64,000 nt of DNA from Azolla caroliniana (GCA_043228905.1 JBHGNT010000007.1:19592001-19656000), one strand, 5' to 3'; shown: positions 1 to 13,830, counted from the first letter of the stretch. The notes: generated by a model not told the origin, from the sequence alone. Numbers and translations are program-made.

Positions 1-850
1 TGAGGCACTACCCAATACCATGCAAGGGTTCATTAATCTACAATTTCTCTCTCTCAATAACATTGGCGTATCTGGTTTGATTCCTAAGTGGTTAAAGGAT
101 AGTAAAAAATTACAAGTGCTTGACCTCTCAAGGAACAAACTAACCGGATCAATCCCCCCATGGATTGGCTCTTTTCCTCATCTTTTCTACCTAGATTTAT
201 CCAACAACTCATTGTCCGGAAGTATACCGCATGAATTATTCTTGTTGCCCGCATTGATAAGTGTTGATAACAACCTAACTGGATTGCAATCGGTGGTTAT
301 CAACCTTGACATAAAGCAAACACTCTACTTCCCATACTTAGAACTTTCTACGTCCTCTATTAACCTCTTTCACAATCTCCTTGAAGGGTCTATACCTTCA
401 GAAGTCGGTGCTTTGGCCAATCTTCAAGAGATGAATTTGAGTTTCAACAATTTGTCGGGAAACATCCCAGAGATGATGGCCAATATGACTGATCTACAAT
501 TGCTCGATTTATCACGCAACTCTCTCACTGGCAAAATACCTTTGTCATTGATGAAGCTCACTAATCTTGGTCAATTCAATGTTTCATACAATCAACTAGA
601 GGGTATAATACCTCTCGGCAATGGATTCTCGAGGTTTTCTAACCAAAGTTATGAAGGAAACCCAGGATTGTGTGGTGCCCCTTTACCTTTTCCATGTGAG
701 AATGATGTCAAACCCAACTCCTCTTCAAGTAGGAGAAAAAGCCCTATTATAGCCACTGATATTCTTGAGCCAATTGGTGTGGTTATTGGTTATGTTGGAG
801 TGTTAGTGGGTTGGTTAACTTGGAAGCTTACTAGGAGAAAGATTGGATAA
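1..850 (+). CDS. LRR receptor-like protein (PSKR/RLP2-like), 3' part; the 5' end lies upstream of the window
   Basis: Plant extracellular LRRs (LxxLDLSxNxLxGxIP), island region, C-terminal cap YEGNPGLCG, TM helix with GxxxG (IGVVIGYVGVLVG), short basic tail RRKIG and no kinase. It aligns to the last ~280 aa of the paralogs at 1725 and 16865. Confidence 0.92.
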   Translation, partial: EALPNTMQGFINLQFLSLNNIGVSGLIPKWLKDSKKLQVLDLSRNKLTGSIPPWIGSFPHLFYLDLSNNSLSGSIPHELFLLPALISVDNNLTGLQSVVINLDIKQTLYFPYLELSTSSINLFHNLLEGSIPSEVGALANLQEMNLSFNNLSGNIPEMMANMTDLQLLDLSRNSLTGKIPLSLMKLTNLGQFNVSYNQLEGIIPLGNGFSRFSNQSYEGNPGLCGAPLPFPCENDVKPNSSSSRRKSPIIATDILEPIGVVIGYVGVLVGWLTWKLTRRKIG

Positions 851-1724
851 GATTGGGCTAGAGAATGTCTCAATGTCTCCTTTATCTTCACTAAGATGAT
901 GAATCTTTAGGGATGGAGGAGAAAAAAGATCCATCCAAATTTAGACTTCTCTTTTTTTAATGGCCATAAAGGACATCCAAAGTTGAGTGATGCTTGTTTA
1001 AGCAAACCTTTTGTGATTTCTACATAACAAACTACATTCTACAAGTGCTTGGATTTTCTTTTTTCTGTACACATTGTATAAACATCAGTAATTCATGTTT
1101 TGTGCTTTCTTTCCTAGTTGTAAGAAAGAATGATATGCCAAATTCTTTTGTTTTATTGCTTAATTCTAATATGTTGTGCTCATAAATATTCATGTTATTT
1201 ACATACATATATACATACTGATACATATATGTATATATATACATACATACATATACACACACAAACATACTTGTATATGCATATACATATACGTATGTAT
1301 GTATTTATGCATGTAACGTATGATCACATCAACATGGTTTAATTCCGAAAGTGAAAAGCAAATTTAGGTCCACTAAAGAAGGGTCCTAGAGTCTTAATAC
1401 ATTATCCAGAACAACATTTCAAAGCATTGAAAAAAAGTCAAATCATTTCATAAGACTGTGTACCATTCCTTAAGAGTGAAGAAGACCTTCAAAAGCATGT
1501 CTTTCATCATCATCATCAATATTATCATACATAAGTAACTAGCTTTTCTTCAATATCTTCCACCTCAATTGACTAGCATTTTTTTTCCACCTCTCTCACA
1601 TCCATATATCACCACCACCATTACTACTCATCTTATCTAGTTTCAGCACTAGAAGAAGATGTAAACATGTTCAAACTACTTCTTTGCATTCATCTACTTT
1701 AAGCACAGCTACAATCCCATCACC

Positions 1725-3782
1725 ATGACTACTCTCTATTACCTTCTATTTCTCCTGTTCTCTCTTGGACTGCTACGAACCTCGGATTCTTGCACGAGAG
1801 AAGAAGCCGATGCCCTTCTCCGGTTTATGAATGCTGTGAACAAAACCTCTCTCAAGAAGGGTTGGGGTTTAAGCAACAGCAATGGGAGCTGTTGTGATTG
1901 GGAAGGTGTGATTTGTGATGCTACTTCTGCACAGATTGTGGGCATTTCTCTCTCCAGCAAAGGTCTTCGTGGGAGGTTATCTCAAGGATTAGCCGACATT
2001 CCATCTCTCCATGCTCTCAATGTTTCGAATAATAACTTATATGGGTCTCTCCCACAAGACCTCTCCTCCCTTCACACTCTTGACATCAGTGGCAACATAT
2101 TTTCAGGCCAGCTCTCTGATGTATTATCGAATTTGAGCTCTTTGCAAGTGCTTAATGTCTCTACCAATGGCTTCCATGGTAGCTTGCCTCCCTCTTCCTT
2201 AAGGAATTTGAGCCTCTTGAGGAATTTCCGTGCTAGAAACAATTATTTAAGTGGAGATTTGCCACTCATCCTATGCCGAACAGCCCCATTCCTTCAAGAG
2301 ATGGATGTGTTCTTGAACAGCTTCTCAGGAAAAATCTCAAAAGATATTGGGTTTTGTGGCTCTCTCCAAGTATTAGTTCTTGGTGATAACAATTTGGTGG
2401 GTAATCTACCCCAAGATCTCTACAACCTAACCTCATTAACAATCCTTCAACTCAGAAATAACCATTTTGATGGCGAAGTAGGTAATGCTATTGGCAACCT
2501 AATCAACCTCTCTTATTTGATGTTGGATTTGAACAACTTCACTGGACAACTTCCCTCAAACCTCTCCTCATGTACAAACCTTAAGATATTCACCGCAAAA
2601 GCAAACAAATTCCATGGTTCATTGGATGTCGTCCGATTCGATCAATTCCAGATGCTAGAGAACCTAGATCTCAATAACAATGCTTTTGTCGGGTCAATCC
2701 CATCCTCATTAACCGAGTGTTCAGCGCTCCAAAGCATAAACTTTGCGAGCAACAAACTTTCGGGGGAGATCCCATCCTCATTAACTAACTGTTCAGCACT
2801 CCAGAGCATAAACTTTGAGAGCAACAAACTTTCGGGGGAGATCCCATCGTTTTTGTATCGATTGAGGAACCTAACCACACTCTCACTATCAAACAACAAC
2901 CTTAATGGGAGCATAAGATCACTGGATGGGAGTGAATATCTGGTAAGTGTGGTCTTATCCAAGAATGTGTTCAATGAGACACTACCTGATAGGATGCAAG
3001 GGGTAACTAATCTACAAGTGTTCGCCGTCGGAGACATCCGTCTCTTTGGTTCCATTCCAGAGTGGTTGAAGAACTGCACAAAACTACAAGTGCTTGACCT
3101 TTCGTGGAACAATCTAACCGGATCGATCCCACCATGGATAGGGTCATTTCCGCATCTTTTCTATTTGGACTTGTCTAACAACTCTTTCTTCGGAAGTATA
3201 CCGCCCGAGCTTTTCTCGTTGCCGGCACTAATAAATCACGATAACAACCTAACGACATTGCAATCCACACAAGTTTCAGAGTTTCCACCATCGATTAACC
3301 TCTCCCACAATCAACTACAAGGGTCTATACCTTCACAAGCCAGTACTTTAATCGTGATTTTAATCATGGATTTGAGTTTCAACAATTTGTCGGGAAACAT
3401 CCCAGAGGCGATCGCCGATATGACTTATCTATATAGGCTCGATTTATCACACAACTTTCTCACTGGTGGAATACCTTCGTCATTGGCAAATCTCATGTTT
3501 CTAGTTTATTTCAATGTTTCGTACAATCAATTGGAGGGTTCAATACCTCTCGGCAACCAATTCTCGATATTTTCTCGCAATAGTTATGAAGGAAACCTAG
3601 GACTTTGTGGTGCCCCTTTACCCTTTCCATGTGAGAATGATGTCAATCCAAACTCCTCAAGTAGGATAAAAATCCCGATTATAGCCACTGATATTCTTGA
3701 GCCAATTGGTGTGGTTATTGGTTATGTGGGAGTGCTAGTGGGTTGGTTAACTTGGATGCTTATTAGGAGAAAGATTGGATAA
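1725..3782 (+). CDS. LRR receptor-like protein, 685 aa, intronless
   Basis: Signal peptide, LRRNT (CCDWEGVIC), many LRRs, shortened island, GNLGLCG cap, TM helix and RRKIG tail in one uninterrupted ORF. Confidence 0.95.
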   Translation: MTTLYYLLFLLFSLGLLRTSDSCTREEADALLRFMNAVNKTSLKKGWGLSNSNGSCCDWEGVICDATSAQIVGISLSSKGLRGRLSQGLADIPSLHALNVSNNNLYGSLPQDLSSLHTLDISGNIFSGQLSDVLSNLSSLQVLNVSTNGFHGSLPPSSLRNLSLLRNFRARNNYLSGDLPLILCRTAPFLQEMDVFLNSFSGKISKDIGFCGSLQVLVLGDNNLVGNLPQDLYNLTSLTILQLRNNHFDGEVGNAIGNLINLSYLMLDLNNFTGQLPSNLSSCTNLKIFTAKANKFHGSLDVVRFDQFQMLENLDLNNNAFVGSIPSSLTECSALQSINFASNKLSGEIPSSLTNCSALQSINFESNKLSGEIPSFLYRLRNLTTLSLSNNNLNGSIRSLDGSEYLVSVVLSKNVFNETLPDRMQGVTNLQVFAVGDIRLFGSIPEWLKNCTKLQVLDLSWNNLTGSIPPWIGSFPHLFYLDLSNNSFFGSIPPELFSLPALINHDNNLTTLQSTQVSEFPPSINLSHNQLQGSIPSQASTLIVILIMDLSFNNLSGNIPEAIADMTYLYRLDLSHNFLTGGIPSSLANLMFLVYFNVSYNQLEGSIPLGNQFSIFSRNSYEGNLGLCGAPLPFPCENDVNPNSSSRIKIPIIATDILEPIGVVIGYVGVLVGWLTWMLIRRKIG

Positions 3783-5850
3783 GAATTTGGACCCTCTTAT
3801 TTTATTTTTTTATTTATGAATGGCCATAAAGGACATCCAAAGTGCTTGTTTAAGCAAACCATTTGTGACTTCTAAATAACAAACTACATTCTACAAGTGC
3901 TTGGATTTTCTTTCTTCTCTACACACTTGTATAAATGTCGGTAGATTTGTGTTTTGTGCTTTCTTTCTCATTTTGTACGAAAGAATGATATGTCAAATTT
4001 TGTTGTTTTACGGCTCAATTCTAATATGTAGTGCTCATAAATATCCATGTTATGAGGTGTCTTTATGATTGAAAAAACAACTAGAATAATCATTAATAAA
4101 CAACTAGTGGTAGTCACTAGGACCTCATAACACTTTACAGAACTCGAATCGGATGCCCGAGTGGAAAAGTTATGGTCGTTTGGAGGTTTATAACAAAAAT
4201 ACAATTTACAGTGGTAACTAGCAGTTTGACAGCAGAATCAATGGTTCGATTATCTAGAGCTTGTGACAAGGAGCGTGCAAGATTTTATGATACATGAATT
4301 GGAGTTTGGAAGCCCTAGATCCAGACTCCGGAAGGATTATTTTAAAATTTAAAATTGTTAGAGACAATTTAGTAATTGTGCCAAATGGAGGGGGGTCAAA
4401 ATCGAGATAAAGTAGGGTCAGTTTTGTAATTTGTGAAAAGGTTGGGTCGACCATTTAAAGGTTGAAAGTATGTATTTAAAACTATCGAGCCAAACCGTAT
4501 TGAAACGACGTAAAGGTGAACAGGGAGACAACCTATTGCACAAGCACCGAGTTTTATTGTGATGACTAAGCTCTGCTAACCAAGGAGCCCAAGGATCCAA
4601 TGTACACGACACATTTAACTGGTATGAAAAAGGAAGCAAAAACAAGCTCAAAGCAAACATTAGAAAGGGGAAAAGAAAGAAAAAAGGAACGTAAATTATC
4701 AATGCGGTTTACAAGAAAGCCTTCCCAAATAGACAATGTGAGTTCAAGTTTTGTTAAAGCACCTTTCGACAAATGACACTTGTAAGAGCCATTCAATAAA
4801 TTCAATTTCTTTCCCCGAAGACTTGGCATCTAGGTCATCCACAATTTGAAGTAGTTTAAACCATAAACCATGTTGTAGTTTGAAACCATTTCAACCACAA
4901 ACTATTAAGTTGGTAAAGTCTCAAATTAGACCCTTGAACCCCCCAACCAAACAAAACCATTTGCAAATATCTAAACTTGAACATAACCATTTACATGTTA
5001 AGATGTAGTTTTTATGGTCAAATTCAGTTGAAATCAAACCGTTCTCGATAGCACAAAAGAAGAGAGTAAATAGGCTTAAAATATCCATGGGCTTGAAAGG
5101 AAAGAAATATGCTTGAAAGGAAAGAAACACTTTTAGAAAAAGAGTATATACACAGTGTTGTTTGGATGCCCTAGTTCCCCAAGAGCTTAAATACATGATG
5201 CTATCTTAAGTAGTAGACAAGATTTTTTCAAATGCGCATTTCTTTCGAGGACAAAAAGAGAGAGTCCAATAGGTCATATTTGACCTTCTAGAATAATAAA
5301 ATCTATCTCTCAAAACTTGAGCATCCACTAATTGAATTCTTTAATAAGATTGACTGTCATCCCCGCAATTTGGATGTGGCAACATTTCCATGGCAATTCA
5401 ACTTGCATTCCAATCCTCTCCTTCTTAGAGGGTTGTTTGGGTTTTAGCTGAACATGGGAGTGGAACTTGATGTCGGTCTACTCTTCTACTCACATATCCA
5501 CAATTTTAAAACGAAAGAATGGTCTACATCCTACCCATACAATATTCAAGATTGGTTCCACGAAGTTATCAATCCACTAGGAGAGCCACCCGGAGTTCAT
5601 GTGGTGCCTCCCTCTTCAACCACACACACACACAACTCCAAAGTTTGCCAAAGCCCAAGCAGTACTTCTTATGTTGCTATTCAACTAGCTATTGCTACAA
5701 CCACTCCCTAATGAACACCGTACCAAGGAACTTATTCATGATCATGATTCTGTTCATTGACGATATCAATATTCCTAACCTAACATTCAACTACAACTAT
5801 TTCACATTCTCTTGACATATCCTTTGTTTCAAGAACCCAAATACCATGTG
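3783..5850. repeat. Intergenic segment duplicated with the RLP genes (copy of ~8153-10815; partly also 19500-19800)
   Basis: Long colinear near-identical blocks, e.g. tttgtaatttgtgaaaaggttgggtcg (4423 / 8904) and ctaacctaacattcaactacaacta (5774 / 10741; one mismatch at 19716). Confidence 0.85.
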
Positions 5851-7270
5851 TGTGTGTGTGAGTGTGTGTTTCCCTTTAACATTCATTCGAACTCCTTTCT
5901 ATTACTCCTATTTTGAATACCAAAAGAAGATAGAGAGCTACAAAATACAAGGATATAGAAAAAGAGACATCTTTCCCTCTTTGTAGACTCAAACAAGGGA
6001 TTGACTGAGTTGCAGGTTCAAGTATTGTTATGGTACTTCTTTTCCTCTGCTTCTACATACATATATACATGTATTTTGGGCATGTGTATATACATGCCTT
6101 TTGTACGTGTATATATACTCTTGGTTATGTACTTGTATGTATGTGTATATGTTAGGTATATGTATGCAGGGGGAAAGCTCCAATGTAGCCCAAAGGTTTT
6201 TCCTTTATAGGGAAAAATGTGCACATACATATATGATTGTGGAAAAAATTGGAACTAATTGATCATATAATTTGCCATCTCAAGGAAATAAGGCAAACTA
6301 AAAGGAATTTGGGAAATCAAAGAAAAGAGCACTTGAATTGAATCTGTAATTTGGGCAATTTCCGTATGTATACGTATATCTATCAACATATATGTATGTA
6401 TATTTTTATACATGCATATATGTAGATACACACACAATATACATATGTACATATAGCTCTTAAAACAAAAATCTTTACAATAAAGCTATCACAATTGACT
6501 AGCATTTTCACCACCTCTCACAATTGACTCCTTTGCATCTATCCACTTTAAGCATGGTTCCACCCATCACCATTACTAGTTCTTAGCAATTTAGTCTATA
6601 GTTTTTAATCCTAGGCCTGAAGTTGCGCAGTCTAATTTCTATAATGTCAATAGGGCTTGCTCATGAGACCACCTCCACAACATCCTCTTCTTCATGTTTT
6701 GTTTTCATAAAATTAGAAAGCAAAGCATTAACAAAATCACGACACTATCAATATCATAATCATGATTCATCCCCCAACTAAGGTCTCCTCACAATCTATA
6801 GAATCAATACATTTCTTGTCATTTGAATTTTTCACAATCTTTGTCATTACAACCATCGACCCGCTTCTTGTTGTCCTGTCACATCCTACTATTGATCAAT
6901 TGCAAAATTCTGATAGCTTTTCAAAATCTTTTGAAACAAAGACCCATTCTTTAATAACAATGTCACTCCTCTTCTCATAACATATATATATATATATATA
7001 TATAACCTCCCTCCCCTGTTTCTCTAATGTTCTCACATAACATATACATATGTAAAGCCTTGCTCTGTTTCACTTCAGTAATCTCCTTTCTCCTCAATTC
7101 ACTACCATTTCTTCCACCTCTCTCACATCCATATCACCACCACAATTACATCTTATCTACATTACATCATTACATCTTATCTACCTTCAGCACTACAAGA
7201 AGATGTAAAGATAACGTGTGTACAGATGCTTCAAACTACTCCTTTTGCATGTATGTATCCACTTTTAAGC

Positions 7271-8152
7271 ATGGTTAGACCCATCACCATCACTAGTACT
7301 CTCTATTGCCTTCTATTTCTGCTGTCTTCCTTTACACTACTGCGAACCTCCGATTCTTGCCGATGCCCTTCTCCGGTTACTGAATGCTGTGGACAAATCA
7401 TCTCTCAAGGGTTGGGGTTTAAGCAACAGCAATGAGAGCTGTTGTGATTGGGAAGGAGTGAGTTGTCATGATGTTTATGCACAAATTGTGGCCATTTCTC
7501 TCTCCAGCAAAGGTCTATATGGGAGGTTATCTCCAGGATTAGCCAACATTCCATCTCTTCAAGTTCTCGATGTTTCAAATAATGACATAGATGGGCCTCT
7601 CCCACAAGACCTCTCAACACTCTCATCCCTTCACACTTAGATTTCCAGGCAAGCTCTATGATGTATTAGGGAATTTCAGGTCTACACCTTTAGAAGTCGG
7701 GTGCTTTGGCCGGTCTTCAAGAAATGAATTTGAGTTTCAACGATTTGTCGGGAAACATCCCAGAGATAGTGGTTAATATGATCCGATCTACAATTCTACA
7801 ATTGCTCGATTTATCACGCAACTCTCTCAATGGCAAAATACCTTTGTCATTGATGAAGCTCACTAATCTTGGTCAATTCAGTGTTTCATACAATCAATTG
7901 GAAGGTTTAATACCTCTCGGCAATAGATTCTCGACGTTTTCTAACCAAAGTTATGAAGGAAACCCTGGACTGTGTGGTGCACCTTTAGCCTTTCAATGTG
8001 AGAATGAAGTCAATCCCAACTACTCTTCAAGTAGGAGAAAAATCCCTATTATAGCCACTAATATTCTTGAGCCAATTGGTGTGGTTATTGGTTATGTGGG
8101 AGTGCTAGTGGGTTGGTTAACTTGGAAGCTTACTAGGAGAAAGATTGGATAA
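7271..8152 (+). pseudogene. LRR-RLP pseudogene with frameshifts and a large internal deletion
   Basis: MVRPITITSTLY signal peptide (ORF 7226), LRRNT CCDWEGVSC (ORF 7389) and C-terminal LRR/TM part (ORF 7706) lie in different frames. About 1.2-1.3 kb of central LRRs is missing relative to the intact paralogs. Confidence 0.9.
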
Positions 8153-11100
8153 GATTGGCCTAGAGGAAGTCTCAAAGTAAGTCCCCTTCATCTTCACTTA
8201 GATGATGAATTTTTAGGGATGGGGAAGATAAAAGATCCATCCAAATTTGGACCTCCGAGTCTTCTTTTTATGGCCATGAAGGACATCCAAAGTTGATTGA
8301 TGCTTATTTAAGCAAACCATTTGTGACTTCTATGTAACAAACTACATTCTTCAAATGCTTGGAGTTTTTCTTTCTTCAATACACATTTTGTATAAATATG
8401 TTGGTAAATTTGTGTTTTGCGCTTTCGTTCTCATTTCATACGAAAGAATGGTATGACAACTTCTTTTGTTTTACCACTCAATTTTAATATTAAGTTCTTG
8501 CTCATTAATATCCATGTTATGAGGTGTCCATATACTCGAAAAAAACAACAACAACAACAACAACAACAACTAGAACGATGTTTACCAACTAGTGCAAGTC
8601 ACTAGGAGCTCACAACACTTTATAGAACTTCAATCGGAGGTCCGAGTGAAAAGTTATAGTCATTTGAAGGTTTAGGATAAAACTACAGTTTACGGTGGTA
8701 ACCAGTGGTATGACGGCAAAATGTATGGTTCAACTATCCGGAGCTTGCAACAAGAACGGCATACAATTTTATAATACGTGAATTGAAGTCTAGAAGCCCA
8801 AGCTACAACCTCCGAAAGGATCATTTTAAAATTTAAGTTTGTTAGGGACAAAATAGTAATTATGCCAAATGGGGGGTTGAGAATCAAAATAAAATAGGGT
8901 CAGTTTTGTAATTTGTGAAAAGGTTGGGTCGTCAACCATTTAAAGGTCAAAAGTATGTATGTACAACTATCAAACCAAATCAAACCGAACTGACGTAAAT
9001 GTGCACAAGTGACGAAGCTTATTGTGATGACTAAGCTCTGCTAACTGAGGAGCCCAAGGATCTTATGTATAAGACCCATTTAACCAACATTATAAAGGAA
9101 GCAAAAAAAAGCTCAAAGCAAACATTAGAAAGACTGGGAAAAGAAAGAAAAAAGGAATGGAAAAGGTCAATGTGCTATACTTGAAAGCCTTACCAAATAG
9201 AGGATGTGAATTCCACTTCCATTAAAGCACCTTTTGACGAACGAAACTTGTGAGAGCCATTCAATAAATTCAATTTCTTTTCTCAAAAACTTGGCATCCG
9301 CTCATCCCCTTTATCACCACACCGTCTGCAACTATGCTCTTGTCATACCAATTGTCCCCAAATCATAGAACCTAGCGGTTGCTTAATGCTCATGCTTTAG
9401 CTGACATACAATTATATTTGACTAAACCTAAAATAGTTACTTTATTGCTAGTTATATTCTTTCAAAGAGGAAGTGTGTTGAGTTTGAAACTTACTCTTTT
9501 GTATTTATTTGACACTTTGGAGGTGTTTCCCATCATGTGCCATTGGCAACCCGACAACGCTTCTATACAAACCAATATTTCGTGTTACCTTTTGCATAAT
9601 TATTTAACAATGAATTTTTAAAACAAAAAACTCCTATTTATAAACTAAGGAAATTAGAAGAAATTTTGGATCTCAAATGTTATAACTTGTTATTCTAGTA
9701 GGTTATAGCTAATAATTTTATAAAATTACTTCACATTTGATGAATATTTCAAATGAATTTAACCCTTCAATTATCATAAGCCGTTTAAGCCACAGTTTGA
9801 AGTCGTTTAAACCATAAACCATGTTGTAGTTTGAAACCATTTAAACCACAAACTGTTAAGCCACTAAAGGCTCAAACCAAACCCTCTAACCCCCCAACCA
9901 AACGAAACCATTTGCAAGATACTAAACCTAAACCTAACCATTTAAATTGTTAAGATGTGGTTTTTATGCTCAAATTTGGCTGAAATCAAATATTTGTGAA
10001 TAGCACACAAGAAGAGAGCAAATAGGCTTAAAATATCCATGCGAAGAGATCAAATCAAGCACGAGGAGTTGCCCTTGAAAGGGAAGAAACACTTTTAGAA
10101 CAAATAGTATATACACATTGTTGTTTGGATGCCCAAGTTCCCCAAGAGCTTAGATATATGATGCTATCTTGAGTAGTAGAGAACAATTTTTCAAATGTGC
10201 ATTTGTTTCGAGGACAGAAAGAGAAGAGTATAATAGGTCATATTTGACCTTGTAGAATAATAAAATCTCTCTCTCAAACTTGAGCATCCACTAATTGAAG
10301 TCTTTAAGAAGATTGACGATCATCTTCCCAATTTGGACGTGGCAGCATTTCCATGGCAATTCAACATGCATTACACCCATCTCCTTACAAGGTTGTTTGG
10401 GTTTTAACTAAACATTGGAGTGGAACTTGATGTTGATCTACTCTTCTACTCATATATCCACAATTTTTAAATGAAAGAATAGCCTACATCCTACCAATAC
10501 AATAGTCAATATTGGTTCCACGAAGTTATGAATCCACTTGTAGAGCCACCCGGAGTTCATGTGGCGACTCCCTTTCTTCAACAACACGCACACGCACACA
10601 CATGCAATGTTTGCTAAAGTCCAAGCAACACTTCTTATGTTGCTATTCAACTAGCTATTGCTACAACGACTCCGCAATGAAAACCACACCAAGGAGCGTA
10701 TTGATGATCATGATTGTGTTCATTGACTATATTAATCTTCCTAACCTAACATTCAACTACAACTACTTCACATCCTCTTGACATATTCTTTGTTTCAAGA
10801 ACCCAAATACCATGAATTGCAACAAACTTGGACAAGACCTAGGTTTTGATATGAATGGTGGACACATCCTCTTGACAGATCTAGCATTCCAAGAACCCAA
10901 ACTTAATAATTGCAACAAGCCTGGATGAGGCCCAGCTTTTGATATCAATGTTTGGGCTCAGCTTATGGTTTACCTTTTGTCGTTGTAATTTACCTAGAAA
11001 TTTTGCAAACCTAAATCTTCCTATCAATAGTATGATTCCCTAAGGAGAGTTCCATCAGTATGAATCTCTTTTTGATGATGCATTCTAATAGTATAATGTT

Positions 11101-13578
11101 CAAAAATTGAAGGATGAATCTTTAATTTATAATAGAAACTAAGATAAAATGGCGAAAAATGATGTGCATCTAGTACATCTATATTGAGCATAGTTCTTCA
11201 TGAAATCTACTTTGTCTCTATGAATTTAAATATAACATTAATAAAATGCAATTTATCATTAATCATAGTTTCTTTCAATATCTCTCTCATGTTTGTTTTT
11301 CTTTTCTCTTGTTACCTTAGTGATATACACCATAACATTATGCTCATAAAATTTAGAGAAGCCATGTTTGATCCTTGCTATGAGCTTGGTCCTGTCTCGT
11401 TGACCCTCAAATTATTATTATCTAGGGAGTGGATTAGGCGTTCGTGTGCCCCCCCCAACAATTGGCAAGTTTATGGGTTATGTTTCTAGTAAACTAGTGA
11501 AACTATAACCTATACAATATTTTGTTGAATCTATTTTTAGCAATAATGAGAAGTTATTGAGTTGGGTTACACTTTGATGCTCAACAACCAATTTCTTTGT
11601 ATTATTAATGAATCACCATGGCACTCACATGGCATCGTCGAGTTTCACCATGTGGATCATTACTCACATGACATCTTAAGGAATCACCACGGTGCTCAAT
11701 CAGTTCCAAGATATAGCCACGATGAATGTCCTGAAATTGGGATGTGTCAATCAACACGCAATCTCCGTGAGTCATTGTACACAACACAAAGTGTACCAAA
11801 GGACCAACACTTTGTCTATGTTAGACGCCTCGTAATACCATCATTAGTATGCTTATCAACCATATGATACCAGACATATAATCTCCATCCCAATGTACTA
11901 CTATATTGTTCCTGACATTCATCATTGTAAGTTGTAACATTAGTGTTAAGAATTAGGTGATTAACTATGGGTTAATTAGTACCTAATTATATGATTAAGT
12001 TAAGCGCAAAAGATTAAGTGATATGTGTGAGAGGAAGAGAGAGAGGAAGTTAACACTTATGGATGACACAAGATGGGGGATGAGTAACTATATTAGAAAG
12101 CATCATCAAATACAAAAATACCATCAATGAGGTATATATAGATGTCATGTGCAAGGGTGCACATGTGTGAGGAGAATATAGGTACAACCGTGTAAGTCCT
12201 ATATTAAATGACCTTGTGAGTGGTGGATCTAGAATATCCTGCTTAAGTACAAGGTCTTATTTAATGCGTTATAGTCAACACTTCTAACTAGATTCTATCT
12301 AGGTAACTACGAAGTTACATGGTTGACTAACGCACTAACTCTAGTTGAGCTTGATCTCTCAACAATTAGCAACGACTAACACACACCCCTCTCTAATAAA
12401 TTAATGGGTTTATATACACGATTGAAGACCCATATACAATGTTAAATGCCTAATTCCACTACCACGTTGTCGCGAAGTTTTGTGTGTGTGTTGTCCAAGC
12501 AGGACCATGGGGGTCTTAGACTAGGGAGTCTGAGGGGATTGGGAAGTAGAAGGCTCACGCTTAACCTTGATAGGTTCCTTGTTGTGCAAAGGGCCTTATC
12601 GAGCTTTAGAGCTCATCGAGTGCTCTCTCGTTGAGCTTTCAACTCTTTGTCGACCTTGGCATCCGAATAGGTCTACGTTGGATCGTGTCAAGTGGAAGAT
12701 CAACGTGAGCACGAGTCAATGGTGAATTCACGACAATGCTAAAAACAAGATTGGGACAAAATAAGTCACATATCCGAGCGGTATACTGACATGCACTCCT
12801 TGCAAAGCCATAAGGCAAAACCCTAAAAGTGATGTTAATATACTATGGAGGGATCGCACCTAAGTGTAGAACCTGTCGTCATGAGGTGACTGCTAATCAC
12901 GGGCCTCTGGCGGTTGTGTAATTCATGTTTGTAACCGATGTGACGTTTGCAATTAGTATACCATCCACTTGCGGGTGACTGCCAACCTCTTGCCAGGGAT
13001 CAGTGTGTCACACATTCTTACTTACCTTGGCAACTCACATGCCATGAGTTTTGTGGTTGTTTGGATGCGTCAAACATTGCAAGTTAAGCGTGCTTGACAC
13101 AAAACAATACCTGGATGGGTGACCTCCTAGGAAGTCGCATTGCTATCAAGAGTGGACACACTCCGTATCCAAGTCGTATACCAACCCACACTCTTTGTAT
13201 AGCCATAAGGAAAAACCCTAAAAGGAAGCCAACACCAACGGCCTGCCACGTCCACACCACCACGTCCACACCACGTATGCAACAAGGAACAATGAAGAAG
13301 AGCACAGACTCTCTCTTACTTTTCTACCCACTTCTCTCTCTCTCTCTCTCTCTCTCTCTTTTCACACGTGTGTAATTTCCCCTCTCTCTTGTTTTCCTCA
13401 CTCATGTGAGAGATTCACCCTTTCTTACTTTTAACTTTTACAAATTCATGTGCTTTCACACCCTTGGGCTTGGACGGCCTTGAACTCGTCTTGGGAATCA
13501 TAGACGATTAAGGCCATCCAATATTTTACAACTAAATAAATAAAAAGGAGAAAGCAAAAAGAAACTAGATAAAAAGAA

Positions 13579-13629
<51 letters not shown>

Positions 13630-13708
13630 ACACCCATTGTAAGTAGTGTTTTTTACACACATATATAATTGTGATGAATTCGTTCCCATTATAATTGTGT
13701 GTTTTCAC

Positions 13709-13756
<48 letters not shown>

Positions 13757-13797
13757 AACTTTTGGGGGGAGGAATTTTTTAATCCCATTTTTGCATG

Positions 13798-13830
<33 letters not shown>

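Noticed and set aside
994-1342. Short ORFs over TA/CA-rich DNA (also near 6001-6452 and 13446-13925)
   Set aside because: Translations of microsatellite and low-complexity sequence.
10763-10948. Conserved small ORF (also at 19738..19923)
   Set aside because: The similarity is explained by the recent segmental duplication. The start is non-ATG and there is no recognisable domain.
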